The notes below the pieces were generated by a model. It was not told where the DNA came from, did no database searches, and was given only the letters and a program-made list of their open reading frames with translations. A DNA stretch of 64,000 nucleotides from an uncultured Candidatus Bathyarchaeia archaeon (GTDB taxonomy: Archaea > Thermoproteota > Bathyarchaeia > Bathyarchaeales > Bathyarchaeaceae): assembly GCA_964618695.1 (NCBI GenBank), contig CAZUDX010000006.1, forward strand, positions 4,548-68,547, given 5' to 3'. A program made the position numbers and the translations under genes. How positions within the stretch are numbered: the stretch's first letter is position 1; every line of letters begins with the position of its first letter. This document shows, one piece after another, positions 10,293 to 19,850 of the stretch.

Positions 10293-10359
10293 AAAAAAGG
10301 GGGAGTTTGCGGGAGACATCTCCAGTTGATTGGGGGTTCGAATTCCACCCCCCGCACCA
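10293..10359. repeat. tRNA-3'-end-like element copy 3 (best copy, ends CCCCCGCACCA)
   Basis: AAAAAAGGGGGAGTTTGCGGGAGACATCTCCAGTTGATTGGGGGTTCGAATTCCACCCCCCGCACCA. TTCGAAT + 5 nt + 7 nt + A + CCA reproduces the spacing of a tRNA T-loop, acceptor 3' strand and CCA, but only ~51 nt are available and no D or anticodon arm is present. Confidence 0.5.
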
Positions 10360-10537
10360 ATAGTACACCTTTCTGTTGTATGGGTCGAAAAAAGTTGGTT
10401 AGCTGCTTTCAAAAGGCACCAAAAACTGCAAAAGCGGGAAATAAGCAAGTGAGGATTAAGTTTTTCTCAAACGCCTCCTCGTTTTAAGCCATCATGTATG
10501 CTTCGTTTGTTTTGATATTAGTTCGCCTTTTCAGTTT

Positions 10538-11500
10538 TTATGTTGCCAGTGTCTGTGCAAGTTGTAGCAAACTCAAGTCCAATGGTTTTTCTGTTTTGCA
10601 CACTTGCTCAAGTTCGATGCTCGTTATTCTTCCTTCCTGTAATCCAACCATCCTGTTTCCCTGTTTGTTCAGCAGCAGTTCAACCGCTTTGTTTCCGAAT
10701 AAATTAGCTAAGAGCCTGCTTCTTGCTGTGGGGTTGCCGCCTCTCTGGGCGTAACCTGAAACGCTTAACCTCACATCTATCCCCGTTTGTTCCTCAATTT
10801 CTTTCAACAGTTTATGGGTGTCACCGATTCCCTCTGCTGCCACGATTATGCCTGACTTCTTTCCTTTAGCACTGTTTTGCTCTAGAGTCCTAACGATCTC
10901 CTCCAACGAATATTCCATTTCTGGAACCAAAATTATCTCAGCTCCAACCGTAAGTCCAATTGTCAAAGCTAGAAACCCTCTTTTTCGTCCCATAACCTCA
11001 ACTATGAAGACCCTTTCGTGGGAGTTCGCTGTGTCCCGAATTTTGTCAATCTCATTGACTGCAGTGTTAACTGCTGTATCAAAACCTATAGTCTCCTCAG
11101 TTCCAAAAACATCATTGTCAATTGTCGCAGGAATCCCCACTATCCGCGCATCGGTTTCTCTGCTTAATTCTAAGGCTCCTCTTAAAGAGCCGTCACCACC
11201 CACAACGACAAGTCCATCAACTTTGTTCAAAGCAAGAGTTTCCGCAGCTTTCTGCACGCCCTTTTTCTTTCTGAACTCTGGGCTTCTTGATGTGCGGAGA
11301 ATCGTGCCGCCCAAATGAAGTATTCCGCCAACGCCTCGGGGAGTCAACTTTCTATATGTGTTAGTTAACAGGCCGTCCCATCCCCTCTCGAAACCTAACA
11401 CTTGCAGACCGCTTGAGCAAGCGACCCTGACAACTGCTCGGATAGCAGCATTCATGCCCGGAGCGTCTCCCCCGCTTGTCACCAATCCTATCTTCTTCAT
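10538..11500 (-). CDS. pfkA: ATP-dependent 6-phosphofructokinase (PfkA family)
   Basis: MKKIGLVTSGGDAPGMNAAIRAVV, GGDGS, IPATIDND and MGRKRG motifs. I chose the ATG at 11500 rather than the ORF start at 11551. Confidence 0.9.
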   Translation of the reverse strand: MKKIGLVTSGGDAPGMNAAIRAVVRVACSSGLQVLGFERGWDGLLTNTYRKLTPRGVGGILHLGGTILRTSRSPEFRKKKGVQKAAETLALNKVDGLVVVGGDGSLRGALELSRETDARIVGIPATIDNDVFGTEETIGFDTAVNTAVNEIDKIRDTANSHERVFIVEVMGRKRGFLALTIGLTVGAEIILVPEMEYSLEEIVRTLEQNSAKGKKSGIIVAAEGIGDTHKLLKEIEEQTGIDVRLSVSGYAQRGGNPTARSRLLANLFGNKAVELLLNKQGNRMVGLQEGRITSIELEQVCKTEKPLDLSLLQLAQTLAT

Positions 11501-11667
11501 CGTCCATTCTCCAGTCAGTAAACATTCAAGACAAAATGTTACGCTAAACAAAATAATAAGCTTGAGTGCAAAAGATATTCCCGAATCGCCCTTAACTGAG
11601 CATTTGACGGAACTTTTTCGCCTGCGCTGGAGATATCTCGGTGAAACTCGTTGTTTTTGTGCACGAA

Positions 11668-11916
11668 TTAGCAGTTAATGTTCAATGGTGTCTTAGTAAT
11701 AGCTGGATTCCCTTGATGAAGAATGAACCCGAAACCATTGGAGTTGTGGTTAATAATAGCCCAATCTTTTGTTGGTAGTCGTCGGTGAAGGGAAAAGTTG
11801 GTGTTATCCATCCGCTTATTGGCAAATAAATTAGGAGCAAAATAATGATCCAAATTGTAAAAAGAGTGGAAAGGATAAGGTTTTGCAGTTTCTTTTTCAA
11901 TTTGAAAATCTGTCAT
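11668..11916 (-). CDS. Small hypothetical protein (frame uncertain; an alternative overlapping frame 11682-11900 would encode a 72-aa membrane peptide)
   Basis: ATG start 6 nt after the upstream stop, preceded by GGGGA. Two same-strand frames are open and I cannot discriminate between them from sequence alone. Confidence 0.3.
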   Translation of the reverse strand: MTDFQIEKETAKPYPFHSFYNLDHYFAPNLFANKRMDNTNFSLHRRLPTKDWAIINHNSNGFGFILHQGNPAITKTPLNINC

Positions 11917-11922
11917 ATCCCC

Positions 11923-12456
11923 TTAGGATGTGCTTTCAGCTAATACCGAAATGCTTACTGTCGTCGGTTGGTCCGTGCTGACCGAATTTGCGGTGGTGGT
12001 GATCTCAAAATCGAATGTCCAATCTCCCGCCGAATCTAAGGCAACTCCAGAAGCGGTGTCTGGACTGCCGACATTTAATGTTGCTGTGGTGTCACCGGTG
12101 CTGTTGCTTGACCCGCCTGGTACAGTGTCGCCTACTTTGATTACGATCTGGTAGGTGGCGTAATTTCCGCTTTGACTATCCAAATCTGTGTCAAAATGTA
12201 GGTAAACGTTTGCTTTGGAGGTTGTTATGCTAACTATATCATTTAGAGATGATGTGTTGCTTGGGGTGTAGAGAATTGTTTCTCCTTCTTCTATGTTACC
12301 TAGAGTGCCTTCACTGAGAGTAATGTTGGCAACTTCTACAATGGTTTGGTTGACCGTGTTAGATGCTTGCTCATAGACAAATGCTGATACAGAAACAATT
12401 AGGAGGCTCGTCAGTATTAGAAAAGTTCCAAATGCGCGTCTTCTCAAACTGTCCAC
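11923..12456 (-). CDS. Secreted protein with SipW/TasA-type-like signal region (DUF1102/TasA-like?)
   Basis: The N-terminus RRRAFGTFLILTSLLIVSVSAFVYEQAS resembles the ...G(T)FAYF... end of SipW-dependent signal peptides. The rest is T/S/N-rich and predicted to be beta-rich. Confidence 0.55.
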   Translation of the reverse strand: MDSLRRRAFGTFLILTSLLIVSVSAFVYEQASNTVNQTIVEVANITLSEGTLGNIEEGETILYTPSNTSSLNDIVSITTSKANVYLHFDTDLDSQSGNYATYQIVIKVGDTVPGGSSNSTGDTTATLNVGSPDTASGVALDSAGDWTFDFEITTTANSVSTDQPTTVSISVLAESTS

Positions 12457-12562
12457 TTCGGACTCGGAATATGAACAAAATGATATTAAAATACTGTGAA
12501 CGCTGAATATTTATTCTTAATTCATATGCTATTTATCCAAAGCTCTGATTATACCAACTAAA

Positions 12563-14203
12563 ATGAAGAACAAAAGGAATACCGCTGGTCTACTGTTTGC
12601 TACTTTGGTTTTATTGATACCTATTGCCCAGGCTTTAACGTATAACCAGCAATCTGATACTATTGCTCAAACAATCAGCAACATCCCAAATTTCTTCGTG
12701 GACAATAATACTTCGGATATGGATTCTAGTGTTGACAAGGGTACTCATTCAAACTTCACCGCAGAACAATATGGTCCAAACTCGATTTATGACACTCTAA
12801 CAGAGGCAGATACTGGAGGCACCGAAACTGGATATAAAGTCCAACAAGGATATGCCGAGATTGGAGCAACTTCTACTACGCTTGATGTAACTTTAGACTA
12901 TATTCCTGACCTGAGTCGAGCTTTTGTTCTTGTTCACTATTATTATGGTCAACCAAACAGCAACATAAATCATGAAGCAGATGAGGGTATGGGAAATGCA
13001 TATCTCTGGGATGATTCTGGTACAACAAAAATCAGGTTCACCCGAGGCGCACAACATGGCATAGTGACTCGATGGGAATGGCAAGTCATTCAATGTTTCA
13101 ACCAAGAGTTCAAAGTGTACCGTGGTTCTCAATCTTACTCTGGAACTAATACTTTATACACTCCAAACATTGGAGCTACGGTTAATGGAAGCAATTGTTT
13201 AGCTTGGGTGAATGGGGTAACTTCTGACAAGACAGGAAGAGGCAGAATCAGAGAACACTACTTCACAGCCGACGAAAGTGCTGGTTCACAAACTACTCTT
13301 AATATTCGGAGATATGCACCCGCTGGAGGTCCGAGTGGAACACTCAGATGGATAGTTGTAGAGTTTGACGTAGGTGGACACTTCAATGGAGCAATAGATA
13401 GTGGGGAAGTGAGTGTATCTAATCAATACGAATCAAGTCCAGCAACTTTTACCATAACTGGTTGCAATAAATCGCGTTCAATTCTGTTAGCTCAAACAAG
13501 AACCAGCGGGGATGATGGACTAAACACTCATGCTACGGCTGTTAGAATGGTTAGTGACACTCAGGGAGAGGCTTACACTCATGATAACAATTTCCTTCGA
13601 GTTGTTAGATGGTACGCTATAGACTTTGGGCCAGATGTTGGGAGCAGACAAGAAGGCAGAATCGACAACACGGCTAATCCCAATTGGAACTCAGAAGACA
13701 TCACTCTATCTCCAAACATTACTGTTAATAGAACAATTTCGTATGTCAGCTTCACTAGTGATGGCGATGGAACGTTATTTCCTAGACCAACCTGTTACTA
13801 TTGGCTTTCAGCTCCAGACAATCTTGCAATCAGGAGACCAAGATATGGACAAGAAGGAAATATAGAATGGCAAATTCTTGAACTACCATATTCTGCCAAT
13901 ACTACAAATTACGAATTAGACCTTGAAGTTCAATGGACAAACATCGATTACCATGAACAGAATGAAGAACTTTGTATATACGCGGGAACAACGGGGTCAG
14001 AAAATATCAAAGTAGACGTTTGGACCGGTTCAGAGTGGGTAAATCTATTCACAGATCTTAACAGCGGATGGAATAACGTTACAGTCACTTCTTATCACAC
14101 ATCTTCAACGTTTACTATCCGATTCAAGGGCGGCACAGAATCAACCGATGCCACACAGGACTACTGGACCATAGACACAACACTATTACACACTTGGACT
14201 TGA
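12563..14203 (+). CDS. Secreted hypothetical protein (546 aa)
   Basis: Signal peptide MKNKRNTAGLLFATLVLLIPIAQA and many N-x-S/T sequons. It is divergent from the 11923 gene. I recognised no catalytic motif. Confidence 0.7.
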   Translation: MKNKRNTAGLLFATLVLLIPIAQALTYNQQSDTIAQTISNIPNFFVDNNTSDMDSSVDKGTHSNFTAEQYGPNSIYDTLTEADTGGTETGYKVQQGYAEIGATSTTLDVTLDYIPDLSRAFVLVHYYYGQPNSNINHEADEGMGNAYLWDDSGTTKIRFTRGAQHGIVTRWEWQVIQCFNQEFKVYRGSQSYSGTNTLYTPNIGATVNGSNCLAWVNGVTSDKTGRGRIREHYFTADESAGSQTTLNIRRYAPAGGPSGTLRWIVVEFDVGGHFNGAIDSGEVSVSNQYESSPATFTITGCNKSRSILLAQTRTSGDDGLNTHATAVRMVSDTQGEAYTHDNNFLRVVRWYAIDFGPDVGSRQEGRIDNTANPNWNSEDITLSPNITVNRTISYVSFTSDGDGTLFPRPTCYYWLSAPDNLAIRRPRYGQEGNIEWQILELPYSANTTNYELDLEVQWTNIDYHEQNEELCIYAGTTGSENIKVDVWTGSEWVNLFTDLNSGWNNVTVTSYHTSSTFTIRFKGGTESTDATQDYWTIDTTLLHTWT

Positions 14204-14296
14204 ACTGATTTTCTATACTCAAAAAAGGAGGATGGTTTAAATCCCTCCAAAAGAATTTCAATTAAGTTTAAAAGTCGCTTTCAGGACATTACTGCA

Positions 14297-14932
14297 ATGA
14301 AACGGGAGGAACAACATTTGAGTGATGAAGCCCAAAGTCGTTTTTACATTCCAGGAGCCACCACAATCGGCTTGGTTTTCTCTGACGGCGTCATATTAGC
14401 CTCAGAAAAACGAGTTTCCTACGGCACCATGATAATGAGCAAAACTGGAAAAAAGGTTTTCAGAATTGCTGATACTGTAGGTGCAGCCTGTGCAGGTTTG
14501 GTTTCGGATATGCAGGTTTTGGTGCGAGAGGTGGAAGCCTACGCAAAGCTCTTCGAGTTCGACGCGAAGAGACCGATGCCCGTGAAGTCAGCCGCTAAAG
14601 TTATGGCAAACGTTCTCTTCGGCAGACGCTTGATTCCTTTGATTACCCAAACTATCATTGGCGGAATGGATGAGGAAGGACCATCAATTTATGTGCTCGA
14701 TGTTATTGGTTCTGTTTTACCCGACAAATATGCTGCTGTAGGTTCAGGAGCCCAGATCGCCACTGGAGTGTTAGAGGAAGGATACAAAGACAACATGTCC
14801 CAGCAAGACGCAAAAGCGTTGGTGCTGAGAGCAATAAAATCAGCTGTGAGCCGAGATGCCATGAGCGGAGACGGCGTAGATTTCATGACAATCACAAAAG
14901 AAGGAATCCAAGAAGAAACCACTACCTTCTGA
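14297..14932 (+). CDS. psmB: Proteasome subunit beta
   Basis: Propeptide followed by the TTIGLVFSDGVILASEKR (Thr1) motif, plus GSGAQIATGVLE. Confidence 0.95.
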   Translation: MKREEQHLSDEAQSRFYIPGATTIGLVFSDGVILASEKRVSYGTMIMSKTGKKVFRIADTVGAACAGLVSDMQVLVREVEAYAKLFEFDAKRPMPVKSAAKVMANVLFGRRLIPLITQTIIGGMDEEGPSIYVLDVIGSVLPDKYAAVGSGAQIATGVLEEGYKDNMSQQDAKALVLRAIKSAVSRDAMSGDGVDFMTITKEGIQEETTTF

Positions 14933-14934
14933 TT
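14919..14934 (+). repeat. 16-bp direct repeat, left copy (CCACTACCTTCTGATT), includes the psmB stop codon
   Basis: Exact match to 17895-17910. Confidence 0.8.
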
Positions 14935-15101
14935 AGCTAAACATTTCCCCTATTCCAGTTCTTCTTGAGATTCTGCAGATACCGTAAAGTCAAAACAAAG
15001 TTCTCTGTATTGTACAGCTTAAAACATATACCTGCTATTCATAACGTGTTTATACGCAATTGTCTAAAATATTTCCATTAAGATAATTAGGCGTTTATAG
15101 A

Positions 15102-17801
15102 ATGACCGACCTCTATTCGATTGAGACTCTGTTGGAGAACCTTGAGGAAATAAAGAAGCTAAAAGAATTCAAGAGGATTCGCAAGTTCCTGAAGTTCTTT
15201 TTAATTGGATTCGTAATAGGGAGAAATAACGAAAAACGAATCAAAGAACTTACTTCAAAAAATTATGATATCCTATCTCATCTGATAGAGATAGTTCTTA
15301 GAAAAAAGCAAAATACCATAACTGAAAACTCCAAGAGTTGGGAAAATCTAGATCAAATTGAAGAAATTATAAGGTCTCATAAAAACGATTTCAGTGAATT
15401 TGAATATTATTCCAACTTGAACAAAATTCATGAATTTCGTACTAGACTTGCTCATCAAACTCAGAAAATGCTTGAACAAGGGATTGAAGGTGTAGAAAGT
15501 AAGCTAAAGGAGATCTTAGAGAGTGGTACCTATCTGATAGCACCCAAAAAGAAAGAGTATAATGCTTCAGTAGAAACACTCGAAAATGAAATCGAACAAT
15601 GCGTGAAAACGCCGTTACTAAATGCTGATTATGTTCATGAAATTAAAGAAAGGCTAGGGACAGCTAAAAAATCGATCTCAAATTACAATGCGGTTTTTGT
15701 TAGACAACGTAAAAAAGATTACCGCTACCTTTGGAGTAATGGATTCTTTACTCTTGATGAAGAACAACAAACAGCAGTTGTAACTGATGATAAACATAAT
15801 CTGGTAGTAGCAGCTGCAGGTTCAGGAAAAACAGAGGTACTAATTACAAGAATTGCATATATTATAAAAAGACAACCTGACTCAAGTCCACCCAAAAGAA
15901 TTCTAGCAATTGCATATCAGAGGAAAGCCAGAGAAGAAATAGAAAGGAGACTACAAGATCGCTATAACATCAAAAACACTAATGTAAGAACGTTTCACAA
16001 GCTTGGAAAAGATATTCTTGAACAAGCTGGTCACAAATATTTTCATACCGACATAGTTGGTGAAAATAAAAAAAGCGAAATCGTTGAGAAGATCTTTAAT
16101 CAAAAAATTGATAATAATCCCGATTTCTACAATCTATTCTTAAATTTTGTGAAAACCATCTACGACAAAGAGGAAAAAGAAGATGAAAAAGCGAAAGATG
16201 AAGCTCTATCATACGCCAAAGAACGTACTTACTACGCATTAAACAAAATTAAAGTAAAAAGTAGAGCTGAAAAAGAGATTATGGATTTCTTCTTAACCCA
16301 CAAACTAAATGGAAAAACCATTGCCGTGAAATACGAACCTGATATAAATGGATTCAGACCAGATTTCTACCTACCTGAATATGACTTATTTATTGAACAT
16401 TGGGGAATCACTAAAAAGGGAACAGTTCCTGAATGGTTTAATCAAACAACTGAAGAATATAAGAAATCTATGGAAATGAAAAAGAAATGGTTCTCTGACC
16501 ATGGTAAACAACTTGTTGAAACAAATGCTTATGAGTATAATCGAAATGATCCTGACAAATTCATTGAACTGTTAAAGGAACGAGTAATAAAAAAACTCCG
16601 AAATTCAAAAAATGAAATTTTCAATTTTTCTCTGAAGAACTATAAGGAAATAGTTGAACTCGTTTGGAAGTCTGATTGGACTCCTGTAGAGGATATTGCC
16701 AACTTCATTACCATTGCCAAAACCTATGGTCTGTCACCTGAGGATACTGAAGCAAGGCTTGAAGAGAAAAATTGGGATTCTAAGCAGAAGGCTTTTGCTA
16801 ATCTTGTACTGCCTGTTTTCGCTAAATATGAAGAGATATTGAAGTCGTATGATAAAATTGATTTTGAAGATATGATTAATAGAGCCATAGATGAACTAGA
16901 TAAAAATCCAACTTTGCGAGCTGACGTTTACGATCATATATTAATTGACGAATACCAGGACATTAGTGCTCAACGCAACAACCTAATAGAAAAACTAATG
17001 GAACGGAATCCCAATTGTAAATTATTCTGTGTTGGTGATGATTGGCAAAGCATAATGGCTTTTTCAGGTTCCAACGTTAATTTCTTCGTAAACTTTGGAG
17101 AATACTTCGAGGACCCAGCGATAACAATAATTTCCACTAATTACCGTAGCAATAAGACAATAGTAGATGCAGGAGCTTCTCTGATAAAGAATAATACTTG
17201 TTGCCAAATACAAAAACCCACTAAAGCAGAAAACGAAGATATAAAGCCAATTGAAATACTTGCATCGCCTCACAAAAATGGATATGAGTATGAGTATATT
17301 CAGCAAATAGCCGAAGACTGTGTAAATCGAATTATCAAATATCTTCAAAAAGGATATTCGCCTAGGGACATACTAGTACTTAGTAGATGTATGCGATCAC
17401 GTATTAAGTCAAGATACAAGTTCCTTTCCAGCATCCAAACTTTCATCAAAAAGGCAAAACAAAACAAATTGGATCTAGCTTGTGGACATGCAGACGCAAC
17501 TAATAGAGTAAGATTACTTACAGCTCATAAAAGCAAAGGTTTGGAATCTAAGGTAGTCTTTCTACTCAATGTTACAAAAGGAACTCATGGTTTCCCTTGT
17601 GATATAGAAGACTCTAAAATTTTTGAACTAGCCAGATTAGATTATCCTAGCCAAAATCATAGAGAAGAAGAACGGAGACTATTCTATGTAGCTATGACTC
17701 GTGCCATAGACGACTTGTACATTTACACTTGGGAACCAGCAAAAAGCGATTTTCTTGTTGAAATCGAAGAACACACTAAGGAAATACGCCTAAATTACTA
17801 A
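15102..17801 (+). CDS. UvrD/Rep/helicase IV-like SF1 DNA helicase with an inserted PD-(D/E)xK-like nuclease motif
   Basis: Helicase motifs AAAGSGKTEVL (I), ILIDEYQDIS (II), FCVGDDWQSIMAFSG (III), TNYRSN (IV), LLTAHKSKGLE (V) and VAMTRA (VI). The insertion carries RPDFYLPEYDLFIEHWG. The gene is conspicuously A+T-rich relative to its neighbours. Confidence 0.9.
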   Translation: MTDLYSIETLLENLEEIKKLKEFKRIRKFLKFFLIGFVIGRNNEKRIKELTSKNYDILSHLIEIVLRKKQNTITENSKSWENLDQIEEIIRSHKNDFSEFEYYSNLNKIHEFRTRLAHQTQKMLEQGIEGVESKLKEILESGTYLIAPKKKEYNASVETLENEIEQCVKTPLLNADYVHEIKERLGTAKKSISNYNAVFVRQRKKDYRYLWSNGFFTLDEEQQTAVVTDDKHNLVVAAAGSGKTEVLITRIAYIIKRQPDSSPPKRILAIAYQRKAREEIERRLQDRYNIKNTNVRTFHKLGKDILEQAGHKYFHTDIVGENKKSEIVEKIFNQKIDNNPDFYNLFLNFVKTIYDKEEKEDEKAKDEALSYAKERTYYALNKIKVKSRAEKEIMDFFLTHKLNGKTIAVKYEPDINGFRPDFYLPEYDLFIEHWGITKKGTVPEWFNQTTEEYKKSMEMKKKWFSDHGKQLVETNAYEYNRNDPDKFIELLKERVIKKLRNSKNEIFNFSLKNYKEIVELVWKSDWTPVEDIANFITIAKTYGLSPEDTEARLEEKNWDSKQKAFANLVLPVFAKYEEILKSYDKIDFEDMINRAIDELDKNPTLRADVYDHILIDEYQDISAQRNNLIEKLMERNPNCKLFCVGDDWQSIMAFSGSNVNFFVNFGEYFEDPAITIISTNYRSNKTIVDAGASLIKNNTCCQIQKPTKAENEDIKPIEILASPHKNGYEYEYIQQIAEDCVNRIIKYLQKGYSPRDILVLSRCMRSRIKSRYKFLSSIQTFIKKAKQNKLDLACGHADATNRVRLLTAHKSKGLESKVVFLLNVTKGTHGFPCDIEDSKIFELARLDYPSQNHREEERRLFYVAMTRAIDDLYIYTWEPAKSDFLVEIEEHTKEIRLNY

Positions 17802-17894
17802 TCTCGGGACTAGTTTAGTTTCTTGAGCTGAACATAACTACTCAAACTACAGAGAACGATCCCTATAAGCTAAGAAGTACGAACTAATCAGAAT

Positions 17895-17910
17895 CCACTA
17901 CCTTCTGATT
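17895..17910 (+). repeat. 16-bp direct repeat, right copy (CCACTACCTTCTGATT), embedded in hairpin AATCAGAA-N9-TTCTGATT
   Basis: Exact match to 14919-14934. Confidence 0.8.
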
Positions 17911-17993
17911 GGTTCAACTTTATAGTTTTATGAGCATAGTTTAGAAACTTTAATACCGTCAGGAATGAAGTGTTTCCTGAAGGGTGAACCAGC

Positions 17994-18611
17994 ATGTCAT
18001 TTCAGTTGACTATTGAAGAGGGCACGTTTCTTGTTAATTTAGCAAGGCAAGCTGTAACTGAATACTTAGAAAACGGCAAAGTGTTGCAGGTTCCCGAGGA
18101 TGTTTCATCCAAGCTTATGGAAAAATGTGGAGTCTTTGTTACATTAAACAGCTTACAAGAGAACAAGAAGGCGTTGAGGGGCTGCATTGGTCTCCCCTAC
18201 CCCACAACTCCCCTAGCACAAGCAGTGGTAGATGCTGCTCTCAGTGCCGCAACACGAGACCCCCGTTTCCGCCCCGTTGTCCTCGACGAACTTGACAACA
18301 TAGTCTTCGAAGTGAGCGTCCTAACTCCCCCCGAACTCGTCAAAGTAGAGAAGCCCACAGAATATCCTTCAAAAATTAAAGTTGGACGTGACGGACTGAT
18401 AGTTGAAAATGGCTACTATAAAGGTCTGCTTCTGCCCCAAGTTCCGGTTGAATATAATTGGGATGAAGAAGAGTTCCTCAGCCAATGTTCCATGAAGGCG
18501 GGTCTTTCACCCGATTCTTGGCTGCTGAAGGACACAAAAATATACAAGTTCCAAGCGATAATTTTTGAAGAAGGTTCACCCAAAGGCGAAATAATGCTGA
18601 AAACACTTTAA
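17994..18611 (+). CDS. AMMECR1-domain protein
   Basis: CGVFVTL...LRGCIG...ATRDPRF...GLLLPQV are the hallmark AMMECR1 motifs. Confidence 0.9.
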   Translation: MSFQLTIEEGTFLVNLARQAVTEYLENGKVLQVPEDVSSKLMEKCGVFVTLNSLQENKKALRGCIGLPYPTTPLAQAVVDAALSAATRDPRFRPVVLDELDNIVFEVSVLTPPELVKVEKPTEYPSKIKVGRDGLIVENGYYKGLLLPQVPVEYNWDEEEFLSQCSMKAGLSPDSWLLKDTKIYKFQAIIFEEGSPKGEIMLKTL

Positions 18612-18625
18612 GGAAACTAAAATTC

Positions 18626-19795
18626 ATGCGAGTCCAATTCTGTCCATCCGGCGTGGGTCTGGGTCATGTTGGTCGTTGTATCCCCATAGCTCGGAGGCTT
18701 GAAAGGGAAGGTGCCAAAATTTTATTCTCCACGTACAGGGAAGGCGTCAGGTATGTTCAGCAGGAAGATTTTCCAGTTGTGGAGGCTCCCTCTATTGGAG
18801 TCGCAGTTAAACCTGACGGAACCATCGATTTCAGGCAAACAACAGTTAACCCCGGTCCTTTTATGGCTGTCTACACTTTTATGAAGCAGGTTGACGCTGA
18901 AATTGATTTCATGAAGGCTTTCGAGCCTGACGTGGTTGTTTCAGATTCGCGGGCATCATCTCTTATGGCTGCAAAAGTGTTGGGAATCCCTAAAATCTGC
19001 ATTTTGAACCAATTTCAGGTAATTATACCTAGACGAAGAAGATTTCTGAGGCTCGCCAGAATAGCAGACGCCTCTACATTAACGATTATCGGAAAAATAT
19101 GGACAAGCGCAATCAAAGCCCTGATTCCAGACTTTCCCCCACCCTACACCATTTCAACCCGAAATCTCCATATTCCAAAAGCTTACCAAAAGAAGACCGA
19201 ATTTATAGGTCCCATCTTGTCTGTTCGTCCCGACGACTTGCCAGACAGAAAGGAAATTCGGAAGAAACTAGGTTTGCAGGTGGATAAGCCTTTGATTTTT
19301 GCGCCAATCAGTGGACCCGCAAAGGAGCGCGCCTATTTCACGGGCATCCTTAGGCAAATCTTCAGTGAATTTCCAGACGACTACCAGATAGTGATGTCCC
19401 TTGGTTATCCAAAAGCTTCAAAACCTGTCCAGAATGGAAATTTGCTTATTCACGGTTGGATTCCTAACCGTTTCGAATATTTGAAAGCCTGTGATGTTGT
19501 TGTCTCTAGGGTTGGTCACGGAACTGTTTCCCAGTCAGTTTGTTACGGCAAACCGCAAATTCTTGTTCCTACGCCAAGCCACACCGAACAACTCAACAAT
19601 GCTGAAAAGGCTGTTGAATTAGGCGTCGCGGAGATCATCCAACAAGAAGACCTCAACAAGGAAGTTCTGCTGGCGGCTGTCAGAAAGATTTTGGAGACCA
19701 ACAAATTTCAGGAAAGAGCAGAACAAATTCGGAAGGAAGTTATGAAGTGGAACGGTTTGGAAACCGCTGCAAAAATAATCGTTGATGCTGCTTGA
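18626..19795 (+). CDS. Glycosyltransferase (GT28/GT1, MurG/MJ1255-like)
   Basis: N-terminus SGVGLGHVGRC. The C-terminus VVSRVGHGTVSQSVCYGKPQILVPTPSHTEQLNNA is typical of the GT28 C-terminal domain. Confidence 0.8.
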   Translation: MRVQFCPSGVGLGHVGRCIPIARRLEREGAKILFSTYREGVRYVQQEDFPVVEAPSIGVAVKPDGTIDFRQTTVNPGPFMAVYTFMKQVDAEIDFMKAFEPDVVVSDSRASSLMAAKVLGIPKICILNQFQVIIPRRRRFLRLARIADASTLTIIGKIWTSAIKALIPDFPPPYTISTRNLHIPKAYQKKTEFIGPILSVRPDDLPDRKEIRKKLGLQVDKPLIFAPISGPAKERAYFTGILRQIFSEFPDDYQIVMSLGYPKASKPVQNGNLLIHGWIPNRFEYLKACDVVVSRVGHGTVSQSVCYGKPQILVPTPSHTEQLNNAEKAVELGVAEIIQQEDLNKEVLLAAVRKILETNKFQERAEQIRKEVMKWNGLETAAKIIVDAA

Positions 19796-19850
19796 GAGAT
19801 GATTAAGACTGGAAGTTCTGAAAACCAGAATATCGGAGACTCCATCCGCA

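Noticed and set aside
43-10359. Calling the four T-arm/CCA-like elements canonical, split or permuted tRNA genes
   Set aside because: Only ~50-60 nt are available. I could not draw a D-arm or anticodon arm, and no matching 5' acceptor strand lies upstream. The T-stem in canonical register carries conserved G·A and N·C mismatches. I kept these as a repeat or ncRNA candidate instead.
10245-10448. 67-aa ORF on the minus strand (…GAGGGIRTPNQLEM…)
   Set aside because: It is the antisense read-through of the tRNA-like element at 10293-10359. The GGIRTPN-type peptide is what a T-arm-like sequence gives when translated. There is no other coding support.
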